Part shown: positions 50,130 to 61,200 of the stretch, piece after piece
Layout of the letters: each line of letters starts with the position of its first letter
Position numbering within the stretch: the stretch's first letter is position 1
Source: an uncultured candidate division Zixibacteria bacterium
GTDB taxonomy: Bacteria; Zixibacteria; MSB-5A5; UBA10806; 4484-95
Length of the DNA: 64,000 nt
Direction: 5' to 3'
Assembly (NCBI GenBank): GCA_963668625.2
Contig: CAXXKA010000006.1
Span: 1-64,000 of the forward strand
Notes under the pieces: model-generated
The model's database searches: none
What the model saw: only the letters and a program-made list of their open reading frames with translations
What the model was told of the DNA's origin: nothing
Position numbers and translations under genes: made by a program

Positions 50130-51416
50130 TTGAACCTCATGGAAAAAAGACGAAATAATCACAGGGGTAAGCGAAAGCTGTACTGGGCTAATCTGCTTCA
50201 TTTTTACCAGCCGCCCGATCAGGACAGGGCCATTCTCGAGCGAGTGGTAAACGAATCTTATCATCCCGTGCTAAGGATATTCGAACAATTGCCCTCGGCC
50301 AAGGCCACTATCAATATTCAGGCATGCCTTATAGAGTTGTTGATTAAGACGGGATTCGGCAAAATAGTCAGTCGCATGAAAGACCTGGCCGATAAGGGAC
50401 AGATTGAGTTCATGATTACGCCCCGGTTTCATCCGTTTTTGCCGTATATACACGAGGAGGAGGCTGACCGGCAGATATTGCAACATATTAAAATCTGCAA
50501 AAAATACTTCGGCCTCAATTTCAATCCTAAAGGCCTGTATTCGCCGGAGATGGCGTATACCACTAATATAGGCAAATATGCCGCGCGTTATGGATGTCGT
50601 TGGATGCCGGTGGATGAAATTACTATCGATGGTAGTTTAAATAAAATCCAGTACGATCGCTTGTATATGGACAAAGGCGCCGGCGGCTTGGTGCTGGTTC
50701 CTCGTCACCGGGCGTTATCGGAGGCGATTGCCGGTAGTATTTTTGCCCGTGAACAGGTAAAAAACACCAATGACTTTATCGGCAAAATATCCGGAGGACA
50801 TCGCAAGTACGTGTTTACTGCCAATGATGTCGAGCATTTCGGGCATCACCATAAAGGCGGGCAAACGTTACTTCGCCTGCTATACCGCGATACCCGCTTG
50901 ACATCGGTTACGGTCTCGAAACTCCTCAATCATGTTCGCAAGAAAGAATATTGTAAAGCGCTACAATCGGATTGGACGAGCATGCCTGATGAGGTTCGCA
51001 AGCGCAATGTCCATTATACCTGGAAAGACCCGAACAATAAAATACACAAAGCCCTGTGGGAGCTGTATAAGCTGGCATTCACCGAGATAAAGAACGCCGG
51101 TCAATCCGGAGATATCCTGCATAACCGGGCTCGCGATATGCTGGGGGCCGCTGCACCGTCATGCAGTTTCTTCTGGTCATCATGCAAACCCTGGTGGTAT
51201 GGCGTATATCCGGAGGAAGCCGCGACAGGTATCTGCCTGGCTCTTTACTCTCTTCTGGCGCCGCCGCCGAAAATCAAGGATAGGGCTTTCAAACTCAGGC
51301 AGCAGATATTCGACCAGGTCAAGCAGATGAATAATTCGGGTGAGGCAAAAAAACTCCAACTGAAATATTTAAAATCGCGCAATATCGATCAGAAAAAGTT
51401 TTATAAGAAAAGTTAA
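50130..51416 (+). CDS. Glycoside hydrolase family 57 protein
   Basis: HFYQP, FHPFLP, SPEMAY (nucleophile Glu), NDVEHFGHH, FFW. Confidence 0.85.
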   Translation: MNLMEKRRNNHRGKRKLYWANLLHFYQPPDQDRAILERVVNESYHPVLRIFEQLPSAKATINIQACLIELLIKTGFGKIVSRMKDLADKGQIEFMITPRFHPFLPYIHEEEADRQILQHIKICKKYFGLNFNPKGLYSPEMAYTTNIGKYAARYGCRWMPVDEITIDGSLNKIQYDRLYMDKGAGGLVLVPRHRALSEAIAGSIFAREQVKNTNDFIGKISGGHRKYVFTANDVEHFGHHHKGGQTLLRLLYRDTRLTSVTVSKLLNHVRKKEYCKALQSDWTSMPDEVRKRNVHYTWKDPNNKIHKALWELYKLAFTEIKNAGQSGDILHNRARDMLGAAAPSCSFFWSSCKPWWYGVYPEEAATGICLALYSLLAPPPKIKDRAFKLRQQIFDQVKQMNNSGEAKKLQLKYLKSRNIDQKKFYKKS

Positions 51417-51633
51417 TAGTTATTCGATTCGATTGCTGATCTCGGTCGAAGGGAAATCCGTCATCACTATTCGTGTTTGGTAATACCGACACTCGTTCAT
51501 ATACGACCGCTTTATTCGCTTTAACTTAATGGACCGCTGGTTTCCGGCATTTGGTTAAGGTACGCCTCAGGATATCGTACCTTCCATCCCGACACGCTGA
51601 CTATATGATTTTATCGAAGAATAATTTTTATCA

Positions 51634-51668
51634 AAACGATTCCCGGAGGAGTTAAACGATTCCCGGAG
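51634..51668. repeat. 15-bp direct repeat, period 20
   Basis: aaacgattcccggag at 51634-51648 and 51654-51668. Confidence 0.8.
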
Positions 51669-51821
51669 AAATATGGGACACTAGTGTTAATGAGCTTTTG
51701 TTATTTTTCATACTGAGGATTAAAAACATGGCGTAATTCAAAAAGGGCTCCGTCTCCGAAACCCTTTTTTTCTCACCCCTGATCTATTAAAGAAACCGCG
51801 ATGGTTCCTCGTATGCGATAG

Positions 51822-53681
51822 TTATTTCAGAAGGGTCATATTGCCTTTTAAAATCTCATCCTCGAAACGAATGACATAATAATATACTCCTGAGGCTTTA
51901 TCGCTGCCATTCCATTGTATGCTGTGATTACCGGCATCGAGGTAAGCTTGCTTCTCGGTCACCGCCCTGCCTAAAACATCGTATACGGTAAGGTTGACAT
52001 TCGCAGGCCTGTCTATACCGAACGATATCGTCGTGTACGGGTTAAACGGATTAGGATAATTCACCGGCAGACTAATCATGGAAGGAGTCTCCGGATTGTC
52101 ATCGACATCCACGCTAAACGGGTAATAGTCCGAGGATAGAAGCACATCCTCAGGATCGTAATCGAGCGAGTCGGCATCCGGGTCCTGAGACGGATCGGCT
52201 TGTCCCATATATATATCGCTGTAACCGACATAATCGCCGAGTTGTACGCGTAATTCGAGGATGTTGGTAATGTTGTCCTCGGCCACTGATGGCTGCCAGT
52301 CGAGCAGGTAGAGTTTGATTCTATCCCGGTTATGTTGATAAGTTAGCACCATCGTCGAGCCATCCACATAAGTTGCGTAGATAGATCTGTTACCCCAATC
52401 CCAAATACAAATGAAATCCTCGAAATGAGTCATCCAGGAGTAAACCTCGCCGTTATCCGAGGTTAATATGGCCGACACGGTATCAGAATTAACCAGGTCA
52501 ACCTCCGGTTCCAGATTGCTTCTTAGCCAAACAACGTTATTCCGACGGGGTTCGCGCAAGAATATTTTCAGTTTTTGAACATCCACGAAAAGTGAATCAT
52601 ACTCCGGCTCGGGTTCTTGTTCGATCGCTACCTGACGGGAGGCTATGCCGCCTCCGAAAGTGGAAACCCAGACATTGCCGGAGGAATCGAATGCAATATC
52701 GGAATAATAGTCGCCCCAGACTAATCCCGAATCAGGAGGTAAGTAGGCCTGCCAATTGCTGTCAGCCTGAAGAACATTAATCGCATAGTTGGTGCCTATC
52801 CAGAGATGGTTTGAGTCCGGGCGGGTGGCCAACGAATAAATATAGTCGGAAAGCAATGATGAGTTCGAGGTATTGTAGACATGCCATTTATCATCTGACT
52901 TAGCCGCCAGACCGAATCCGAACGTGCCAAAATATACGGTGCCGGAAACAGGATCGGTTTCGATTGTCTGTATTCTATTGGATGGCAGCCCGCTATTTTC
53001 GATATTAAACGTAACCCAATCGTTACCGTCGTAAGAAACCGCGCCACCGTTTAGCGTTCCTATCCAGAGTATGTTGTAGTTAGCGTCATAATCGATACTC
53101 TTTATATAGTCGGAGGGAATATAAGTACCTGGGTCGACCTTGAATACCTGTTGCTGTGAATCGGCATATGTAAATTCGGTCCGGAAATCTTTCTGGTATC
53201 GTATCCAGCCATCATCGGTAAAAAGAGATATACCCCCGCCATAAGTCGATACTATTCGACCCTCCGGGGTACCGGCTATTCCGGTGATAATCTGGTTAAT
53301 TTGAAGACCATCATTAGCCTCCGCCCAGAGCGAGTCGCTTAAAGTCATGTACGATAAACCCTCGCCTATAGGCTGTGTATCGAGGTTGCCCGAGGCGGAA
53401 CCTATAAATAGCGAATCTCCGCAAAATTCTGCAGAGTTTGCGTAATTTATGTATACGCTGGTTGAGTCCTCATTGAACGCATCCCAGCCGGTACTATCGA
53501 TCGTATATAATCCTCGACCGTTACTACCAATTAGTACTCTGCCATCAGGACTGACATTTATACTTGATATGTAATTCGTTTCGAGGGGGCTATTTAACTG
53601 TGTATATGGCGTCCACTCGGCGAAAATTATGGGGGCCGCCAATATCACAATTAGCCCAATTAATAAAGTTTTTTCTCTCAT
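51822..53681 (-). CDS. Secreted Reg_prop-type beta-propeller protein with C-terminal sorting domain
   Basis: Signal peptide from MREKTL; WIGT..GG and NSGLPSN repeats; NYPNPFN...WNG...SGVYYY. Confidence 0.85.
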   Translation of the reverse strand: MREKTLLIGLIVILAAPIIFAEWTPYTQLNSPLETNYISSINVSPDGRVLIGSNGRGLYTIDSTGWDAFNEDSTSVYINYANSAEFCGDSLFIGSASGNLDTQPIGEGLSYMTLSDSLWAEANDGLQINQIITGIAGTPEGRIVSTYGGGISLFTDDGWIRYQKDFRTEFTYADSQQQVFKVDPGTYIPSDYIKSIDYDANYNILWIGTLNGGAVSYDGNDWVTFNIENSGLPSNRIQTIETDPVSGTVYFGTFGFGLAAKSDDKWHVYNTSNSSLLSDYIYSLATRPDSNHLWIGTNYAINVLQADSNWQAYLPPDSGLVWGDYYSDIAFDSSGNVWVSTFGGGIASRQVAIEQEPEPEYDSLFVDVQKLKIFLREPRRNNVVWLRSNLEPEVDLVNSDTVSAILTSDNGEVYSWMTHFEDFICIWDWGNRSIYATYVDGSTMVLTYQHNRDRIKLYLLDWQPSVAEDNITNILELRVQLGDYVGYSDIYMGQADPSQDPDADSLDYDPEDVLLSSDYYPFSVDVDDNPETPSMISLPVNYPNPFNPYTTISFGIDRPANVNLTVYDVLGRAVTEKQAYLDAGNHSIQWNGSDKASGVYYYVIRFEDEILKGNMTLLK

Positions 53682-54199
53682 TGCATCCCTCTTTTTTAAG
53701 TAATCATCCCATCTCAACCCCTATTATACTGGCAAAATACGGGCCTTCTCAATATTTAACTGCAACGCCCTGACATATGTTTCTAATGTATTATGCAATA
53801 AGGCCTTAATGATAGAGCCGCAAATGCTATTTTATTGAGACTAATCTCATTGTTTGGATAGTATTCATTTCATTGCACAGTCTGTTCAATAATTAAACAG
53901 CTCAACTATTCAATTTTTGAACAGCTCGTTGGATTTGCTGTTGTTATCATGAAATTAAACTGATTATACATTTTTTAATATTCATTAGTTGGATACGCCG
54001 AGCTGAAATATTAACCGAATTTTTTAAAATTACTTTTAGAAGTATATCGAGTATTGATTTTCAGAGTATCTTGTATATTTATAATAATTATATCAGTATC
54101 ATTCAAAATATTAAAAAATGATTAGTTTAGGCTTGATTTCCGGATAATAACCGTATATTATTGATTTCTGCTGTTATTGAAAAATACAGTGGTTTTTAT

Positions 54200-54273
<74 letters not shown>

Positions 54274-54281
54274 TTTTTTTA

Positions 54282-54531
54282 TTGATCCTGAAAACCACCG
54301 GTTTACCCGGTGCGTACGTTTAAAGCGAAGCATTTGTAGAAAAGTATAGTTATCCACCGCGAGGACTGATTCTCTCAATAGCGTCACTATCCTATATCTT
54401 TCCTTACCTCGGAGGGGGTAAACCAGTACCGCCCTTTCCTAATCCCTGGATCCTGAATTAAGTTCAGGATGATATCAACGGCTTAAGCCTTCAGGATAAA
54501 AGCCACAGCTGTGGTCTGTAGTAGTTTACTT
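54282..54531. repeat. Intergenic repeat (uninterrupted version of 49532..50053)
   Basis: Same blocks without the MITE; contains palindrome atcctgaattaagttcaggat. Confidence 0.8.
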
Positions 54532-54683
54532 TAATAGCTTAATCAGCTTTCTATCTTTCACTCTAAATCGTTTCTTATTACGGAGTATATTATTGTTAAT
54601 TTTTCTGCTATAATAGAATGTGTGGTGTATTAAGATAGTATTTCAGAATTGTATAAAAATGTTGTATATGGAGAAAGATTATT

Positions 54684-55334
54684 ATGATTATTAGTAGATT
54701 TAACCGCTTTAATGATAATATTTATTATAATCAAAAGTGCAAAAGAGTAATTAAATACTTTTCAAGCAGCTACCCCAATAGATCAAGATTTATAAGCAGT
54801 TTTTTCAGATCAGGAGAACGCGAAAGAATATCCTTTGTAAAAAAAATGATTATGCAAAACTCATATTCGAGAGTTTTGGATATTGGCTGTGGAGATGGAT
54901 ATTTTCTTTCTCAAGTCTTAGAAACTGGTATTGAGTTACTTAGAATAGAGGATATTAATCCTAAAAATATTGAATCGGCTGAAAACCGATTACATTCTTA
55001 TGCAGTCAATCTTGATTCCCAAACTATTGACTCTCTTAAAAACTGCGAACAAACAAAATATGATCTAGTTATGGCAATCGGATTATTAGACTATTACCCG
55101 AATTGGGAGATGTTATTAACTTTCTTATTACAAAAAACCGAGAAAACTTTGATTCTTGATTTCCCTAGAGCATATACTTTCCAATGGTTCTTGAGGTGTA
55201 TTTGGCTTATGCTTCATCGAATCGAGCTGAATTTCGCAGTTAAAAAGACAATAATAAAATTATTGGATTCAATAAATTATAATTTTGAGATAGAAAAATT
55301 ATCTTATAGTTGGCTGGTTAAAATCGATAAATAA
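54684..55334 (+). CDS. Class I SAM-dependent methyltransferase
   Basis: VLDIGCGDG, YDLVMAIGLLDY. Confidence 0.88.
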   Translation: MIISRFNRFNDNIYYNQKCKRVIKYFSSSYPNRSRFISSFFRSGERERISFVKKMIMQNSYSRVLDIGCGDGYFLSQVLETGIELLRIEDINPKNIESAENRLHSYAVNLDSQTIDSLKNCEQTKYDLVMAIGLLDYYPNWEMLLTFLLQKTEKTLILDFPRAYTFQWFLRCIWLMLHRIELNFAVKKTIIKLLDSINYNFEIEKLSYSWLVKIDK

Positions 55335-55601
55335 CTTGATGTGGAAAATGATATTTTCAAAAACATATAGAAAGGATTCGGATAAGCAATTTCGGAGGAT
55401 CAGGCAAAAAGTATTACTAAGTGTAGACTGGAAATAAGTATTTTTTGTAATAATTGTTACTCGATTATTGGATTAATCTATGTTAGTGGGATTGCCTGAT
55501 AATAGTTGCAGACCGGGCAGCTCGTAGTTTTCGGCTATATGGATGCGCCCTGGTTGAACGAGATTTTAATAATACGGAATTAGTAAGATAAACGAGGCAT
55601 A

Positions 55602-56969
55602 ATGACAGAGTTATTACTTATAAGGCCAGGTATAGCAAAAAAAACAGATAAGCGCTGGAGTGTTGTGCCCCCTCTGGGGATAGGTTACCTGGCAGCCGTT
55701 GCCAGGAAAAACGGTATTGGAGTACAAGTAATCGATAGTAAACAAATGGGGCATACCTCCATTGATATGACAATAGATGAAATAATAAAAATCAAGCCGA
55801 AATTCATAGGTATCTCTGCCTTGACCGAGGAATATCCTCAAGCTAAATCAATTGCATGCAAAGCAAAAGAGTTCGTGGATAAGCCAATAACTATTCTGGG
55901 AGGCGCTCATGCTAATGCTCTTCCCATCGAGACTATAAAAGAGTCGCCGGAGTTCGATTATGTATTTGCCGGTGATGGCGAATTGTTATTCAACAGGGAA
56001 AATCTCGCTTGTCTCGAGGAGCAAAGAGAGATAAATGATATACCCGGATTATTTGGAAGAACCGGCGACTTCAGCCCGAATCGGAATCAGACGCCGGTTT
56101 ATAAAAGTGAATTAGCCGATGGCATTTTCCCGGCTTGGGACCTTTTCCCCAAAGCTAAAATTTACCCTATCTTGACCGAACGGGGTTGTCCATTTAAGTG
56201 CGTTTTTTGCAGCAGGAACTCCTCTTTCAAAATAAGGAAAAGGCCTATCAAGAGCGTCATAGAAGAAATCGAATGGCTGGATCATGAGTTTCAACCCGAG
56301 CAAATACACTTCGAGGATGAAACTTTCGGATTGAATAAACAAAGAATCATCAGCTTATTAGAATGGCTTATCGAATACAACAGGAAATCAAGAATCACTT
56401 TTAAAGCTCAAACACGCGTTGATAAAATATCGTATGATATGTTGATACTGATGAAAAGGGCGGGATTCGAATTCGTCGAATACGGTGTAGAATCGGGCGA
56501 TCCCGAAGTTTTACGGCAATCCGGAAAAATGATTTGCCGGGAACAGGTTTCAAATGCCGTTGAGCTGGCTAAGAAGGCCGGTATAAAAGTATGGCTTAAA
56601 TTCATAATCGGATTGCCGGGAGAGTCAAGGAACTCCATACGAAATACTATAGATTTTGCGGTTAAACTAAATCCACATCGGTTGTCGGTAGCCGTTATCG
56701 TAGCTTATCCCGGATGCGATATATACAGATGGGCTTTAGCCGGTAAAAAGGGGTACAGGTTTACCTCCAGGGAGTGGAATAAATTCGACAAGTATTTTTC
56801 TAATTCGATCGAATTGGACGGATTACCGGCAAAGCTTATGCGACGATATCAGATACAAATGTATCTGGAGACTTATATGAGGAATTACAGGTTTTTAGAT
56901 TTAATAAAGATGGTTAAAAACAATTCGTATATTATCAAACCTGTTTTATTAAATTTACTCAAAAGATAA
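55602..56969 (+). CDS. B12-binding radical SAM protein
   Basis: PPLGIGYLAA, GGAHA, RGCPFKCVFC, GVESG, IIGLPGE. Confidence 0.93.
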   Translation: MTELLLIRPGIAKKTDKRWSVVPPLGIGYLAAVARKNGIGVQVIDSKQMGHTSIDMTIDEIIKIKPKFIGISALTEEYPQAKSIACKAKEFVDKPITILGGAHANALPIETIKESPEFDYVFAGDGELLFNRENLACLEEQREINDIPGLFGRTGDFSPNRNQTPVYKSELADGIFPAWDLFPKAKIYPILTERGCPFKCVFCSRNSSFKIRKRPIKSVIEEIEWLDHEFQPEQIHFEDETFGLNKQRIISLLEWLIEYNRKSRITFKAQTRVDKISYDMLILMKRAGFEFVEYGVESGDPEVLRQSGKMICREQVSNAVELAKKAGIKVWLKFIIGLPGESRNSIRNTIDFAVKLNPHRLSVAVIVAYPGCDIYRWALAGKKGYRFTSREWNKFDKYFSNSIELDGLPAKLMRRYQIQMYLETYMRNYRFLDLIKMVKNNSYIIKPVLLNLLKR

Positions 56970-56989
56970 TAATATAACGAGGTTTTTCA

Positions 56990-58222
56990 TTGAGATTACT
57001 TTTCATCAGGCAAAATTATCCACCCGAACGCGGTCCATTCAGATATATTTATAATCTCGCCGGCGATTTGGCGTTGAGGGGGCATGAGGTCACTGTCGTA
57101 ACCGGCATACCTCATTACCCTTATGGAGTTCCTTATGATGGCTATAAGAGATATAATTATAAAATCCAGTATGAAAATGGGGTAAAAGTAATCAGGTTGC
57201 CCTTACTAATGGCATCCAACACCCAACCTCTCAAGCGTATAGCGGGTTTTTTTTCATTCGCCATCTCATCTCTCTGCGCTTTAATGTTGGTAGAGAAGCC
57301 ACAAATAATCATATGCTCTGTTCCTCCGCTAACCGTTTCTTTGACCGTTTCGATTATTTCTATAATGAGGAAGATTCCGCAGGTATTAATGCTGCATGAT
57401 TTTGAACCTTTGCGATCACTGGAGTTAAGAGGTAAAATCGATAATCCTTTCGCTCGCTGGATGGTAGCGAAATTCGCGAGCTTATACGGTAATGCCGATA
57501 AAATAATCGTGCCTATCTACGACGAATATCAAGCATTGATGGAATATGGTATTGATAAAAATAAGGTTGATATAATACCTCATGGCGTTGACCCGATTAA
57601 ATTCGATGAATTATCTAGATTTGATATTCCTTTCAAGCTGACCGGTAATCCAGGCAGGAGAAAAGCCTTATATTTAGGCACAATCGGTATGGCGCATGAT
57701 GTTGAGACAACAATAAAAGCATTTGCCGATAGCAGAATACGCGAAATGCCGATAGATCTATTCGTTGTCGGGGATGGCGAATGCTTGCCTGAATGCAGAG
57801 CGATCGTTAATGATTATAATCTGGATAATGTATTTTTGTTACCGCCGGTAGATTTTACATGGGTTCCTAATGTGCTGAGTCAGGCCGATATACTTATAAT
57901 GTCACAAAAACCGCAACCGTTCAGCCTGGGCTCGAAGTTTTGCGAATATCTGGCCGCCGGGATACCTCTTATGGTAAATAGCACCGGTATACTGGCAAGG
58001 ACTATAAAAAAAATCGGTAATGGTTGGATATTCGATGCTTATAAACCTGACAGCTTGGTTAAAGCTCTGGATGAGTACCTGAGTTTATCTCAGTGTTCTC
58101 TCGATATGCTGAAATTCAATAGCCGCCATGCCGCTGAAGAAATTTACAACTCCAGAGCTTACCATGATAAATGGGAAAAAATATTACAGTTATTATCGGA
58201 TAAGCATAGTCAAATTGCTTAG
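56990..58222 (+). CDS. Glycosyltransferase family 4
   Basis: YPPE, GHEVTVVT, YLGTIGMAH, SKFCEYLAAGIP. Confidence 0.9.
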   Translation: MRLLFIRQNYPPERGPFRYIYNLAGDLALRGHEVTVVTGIPHYPYGVPYDGYKRYNYKIQYENGVKVIRLPLLMASNTQPLKRIAGFFSFAISSLCALMLVEKPQIIICSVPPLTVSLTVSIISIMRKIPQVLMLHDFEPLRSLELRGKIDNPFARWMVAKFASLYGNADKIIVPIYDEYQALMEYGIDKNKVDIIPHGVDPIKFDELSRFDIPFKLTGNPGRRKALYLGTIGMAHDVETTIKAFADSRIREMPIDLFVVGDGECLPECRAIVNDYNLDNVFLLPPVDFTWVPNVLSQADILIMSQKPQPFSLGSKFCEYLAAGIPLMVNSTGILARTIKKIGNGWIFDAYKPDSLVKALDEYLSLSQCSLDMLKFNSRHAAEEIYNSRAYHDKWEKILQLLSDKHSQIA

Positions 58223-58234
58223 TCGATGGCCTGT

Positions 58235-61200
58235 TTATTTGGCTTCTAGTCCTATTTTGCCGATAATCATCCCGCCTTCACAATCGCCCCTAAACGGCGG
58301 CTGACCCACACCCCGGAAATATTGCACCAGGTAGGTGACATCCGAGCCGATAACCGCACAATCGCCGTTGGAGTCTCCGGCTAAAAGAGGATTCGAGGGG
58401 GGCGTGATTCCCCGGAAATAACTGACCAGGTAACTGACATCCGCGCCTACCACTAAACCATCACAGTTGGCATCCCCGGGAGGCAGAATGGTTAACTTGC
58501 GCACCTGGGGTTCGGGCATGCCGCCCTGCCTGACCAGCGAAAAATCATCGATTGCTTCGACACGCCAATATATGACACCGCCGCCTATAGCCAGGAGATC
58601 GGTGGTTAAAACCAGGCTGGTATCAATCAGTTCAGGATATGAGATCACATAATCGTTAAACAGGCTGTCAGGGGAGAGGTAAAGCGTATAGTCGAAACGG
58701 GACATAGGATCGATATCGTAGGATTGCCCCCAGATGAAATAGGTGTAGTAATCCACCCGGTTGATATCGTTTTCGGGATTGTACAAAGCGAACGGTTCCG
58801 GCGGATTGCTTTCCGGGTTGTAATAAAATTCTCTGCTTTGAGTATGACCCGATTGATCGCCGAACCTGTTTAAGGCGTTTACTCTCCAGAAATAACGGGT
58901 GTTATCCTCGAGTAAGCCTAACGTATCGATTAGGTTAATAGCCACCTGAACGGTATCTGACAATCCCGAGGCCAAGCTGTCGGCATCTATCTCTGCAGAT
59001 AAAAACAACGAGTCATCATCAATTTGGATAGCGTAGAAAACGGTGTCGAGTTGATACGGATTCGGTACTTTCAGCCAACTCAAGAACCCCAGAGAATCAA
59101 TCATTTCCTCACTACCCGGTAATACAAGCTCAGTCATAAGTGGAGTGCCATGGAGAAACGGGTAGATACCCATATCAGCTCTGGAGTTGTCAGCATCCAG
59201 AACCGAAAGCGGATCGCCGGTATCGATACAGGGTGAGCCAAGCTGGAAATGGTAGTCGTAAGGCTCACCGCCGATAAACAGCGGATCGGTAGAGATATTG
59301 CCGTTTATACCGGTTTGATCGGGTATGCCGACATAGTTGCCGCCGCTATTATTGCTAAGATTGGAATATTGAATCTGGTATTCAAACAATGATGAGTCGC
59401 CATTGAGAGTCAAGCATTCGCCATCATTATCACTGAGTACGGAGTTGTTCATGAACAAATAACAGGAAAGCGTATCTTGAGGGTAAATCAACACGGTTGT
59501 TCCAACGTTGTTCGCTATTATGCATTTATTCAGATTGATATCCGAACGATCATTACAAATCGCGCTTCCCCCGATTCCGAAAGTGGTATTGCCATAAAAC
59601 ATACTCTTCTCAATCGATACATCACTCATCGAGGCATACAGGCCACCGCCAACCCCGGCATTCTTTTCGAAAATACAATCCTCGATCGTGATATCAGCCA
59701 GGCCACTCATTATTGCGCCTCCGGCGGCGGAATAGTTGGACAGGAAAAACGAATGTTTTATCGTCACGTCAGCGTTCAGGCAGAAAACCGCGCCGCCATC
59801 GTTGAAAGCGTTGTTGTTCACGAAAACGCAATTGTCAATGCTCAAATCAACCGAGTTGGTTTGAATCGCGCCGCCATTGCCGCCGATGATTTCGTTATAG
59901 CTATTAACTATGGATAAACCCGTAATCGAATTCGATGAATTTTCCGAACCGATGAATTTAAAACCGAAATGTTCCTCTGTATGCTCTGAGGCTTCGCAGT
60001 CGATAATAGTTCCCGAGGCTCCGGATATGGAATTAATAACCAGGTTTCTATCATTAACGATTATATCTCGGTTTCCGTCCCCCGTATATGTCCCCGGCAT
60101 CAACATCACCGTATCACTATCAACAGCTCGGGTTATGCCTTTTCGTATGGTAGCGTAGGGTAAATCATACGAGCCATCCCCGGTGATATCATTCCCGGTT
60201 GTCGAGACATATATGATCCTGTTTTCATATATACAGTCGGTTCCATACCTTCCGATTAACTTGTTACAATCGTTATTGGATGGCGAGCAGGGGGAGATAT
60301 CATGAAGATAATAATTGCCGGTATCGGGGAAACAGAACCTAGGATCGATGGAGATATTGCCATTCGTTCCTACTTGATCTGCGATACCGATGAAATTGCC
60401 CGCCTGGTTATCATAAAAATCATTACAGGTGATAGTGTAGTTGATCATAGTCGTATCACTCAAGCATATATAACCCGCGCCGGCGTTGTTGGCGATTATA
60501 CAATTTCCTATGAATGGCGATATAGCAAAACCGCTTACGATTGGCGTCGTATAATTTTCTACCAGAGTCGAATGATTTATCGAAAAGCTTCCCCAGGCTA
60601 CCTCTATATAAATAGAGCCGGTGTTGCGAGCATACAGGCAACTATCCAGGCGAATGGAGGCCTCCGTGCCGGCGCCCTCGATGCCACCGACATTATCGAA
60701 AATCAGGCAGTTTTCGAAATTGAGCATCGCCTCGGATTCGCTGGATCCGCCCACGTGACCGATCTGATAAGTGCAGCCCTCGATAGTGGAATTGCTGATC
60801 ACGACATGATCCAATGATCTCAGGTAAAAAACCGTACCGTTATTTTCCAACATGCAGTTATCGACCATGCAACCGGCATCGAATACCAGGTAATTACCTT
60901 CGATCCGGCAATTTTCGAAAAATCTTTCGTAGTGTGGGAAATACCCCTCATCGGTATATACCAGGGAGTTATTCAAAATCTGGCTGTTGCTTACCGAGAA
61001 CGATACATCCCTGTCCAGCCGGATATCCTCATCGGTTAACCTGCTATCGTACTCATTGAGCATCGCGCCGTTGCCTGATATCATGCACGAGTCGACCAGC
61101 AGAATGGGGCTGCCTTTGGGCCAGTCGAACACGGTGGAATTGCCGCTGAACCGACAATTGTTACAGCTTATAGTTCTATACGGGGCTAGATAAGGAATCG

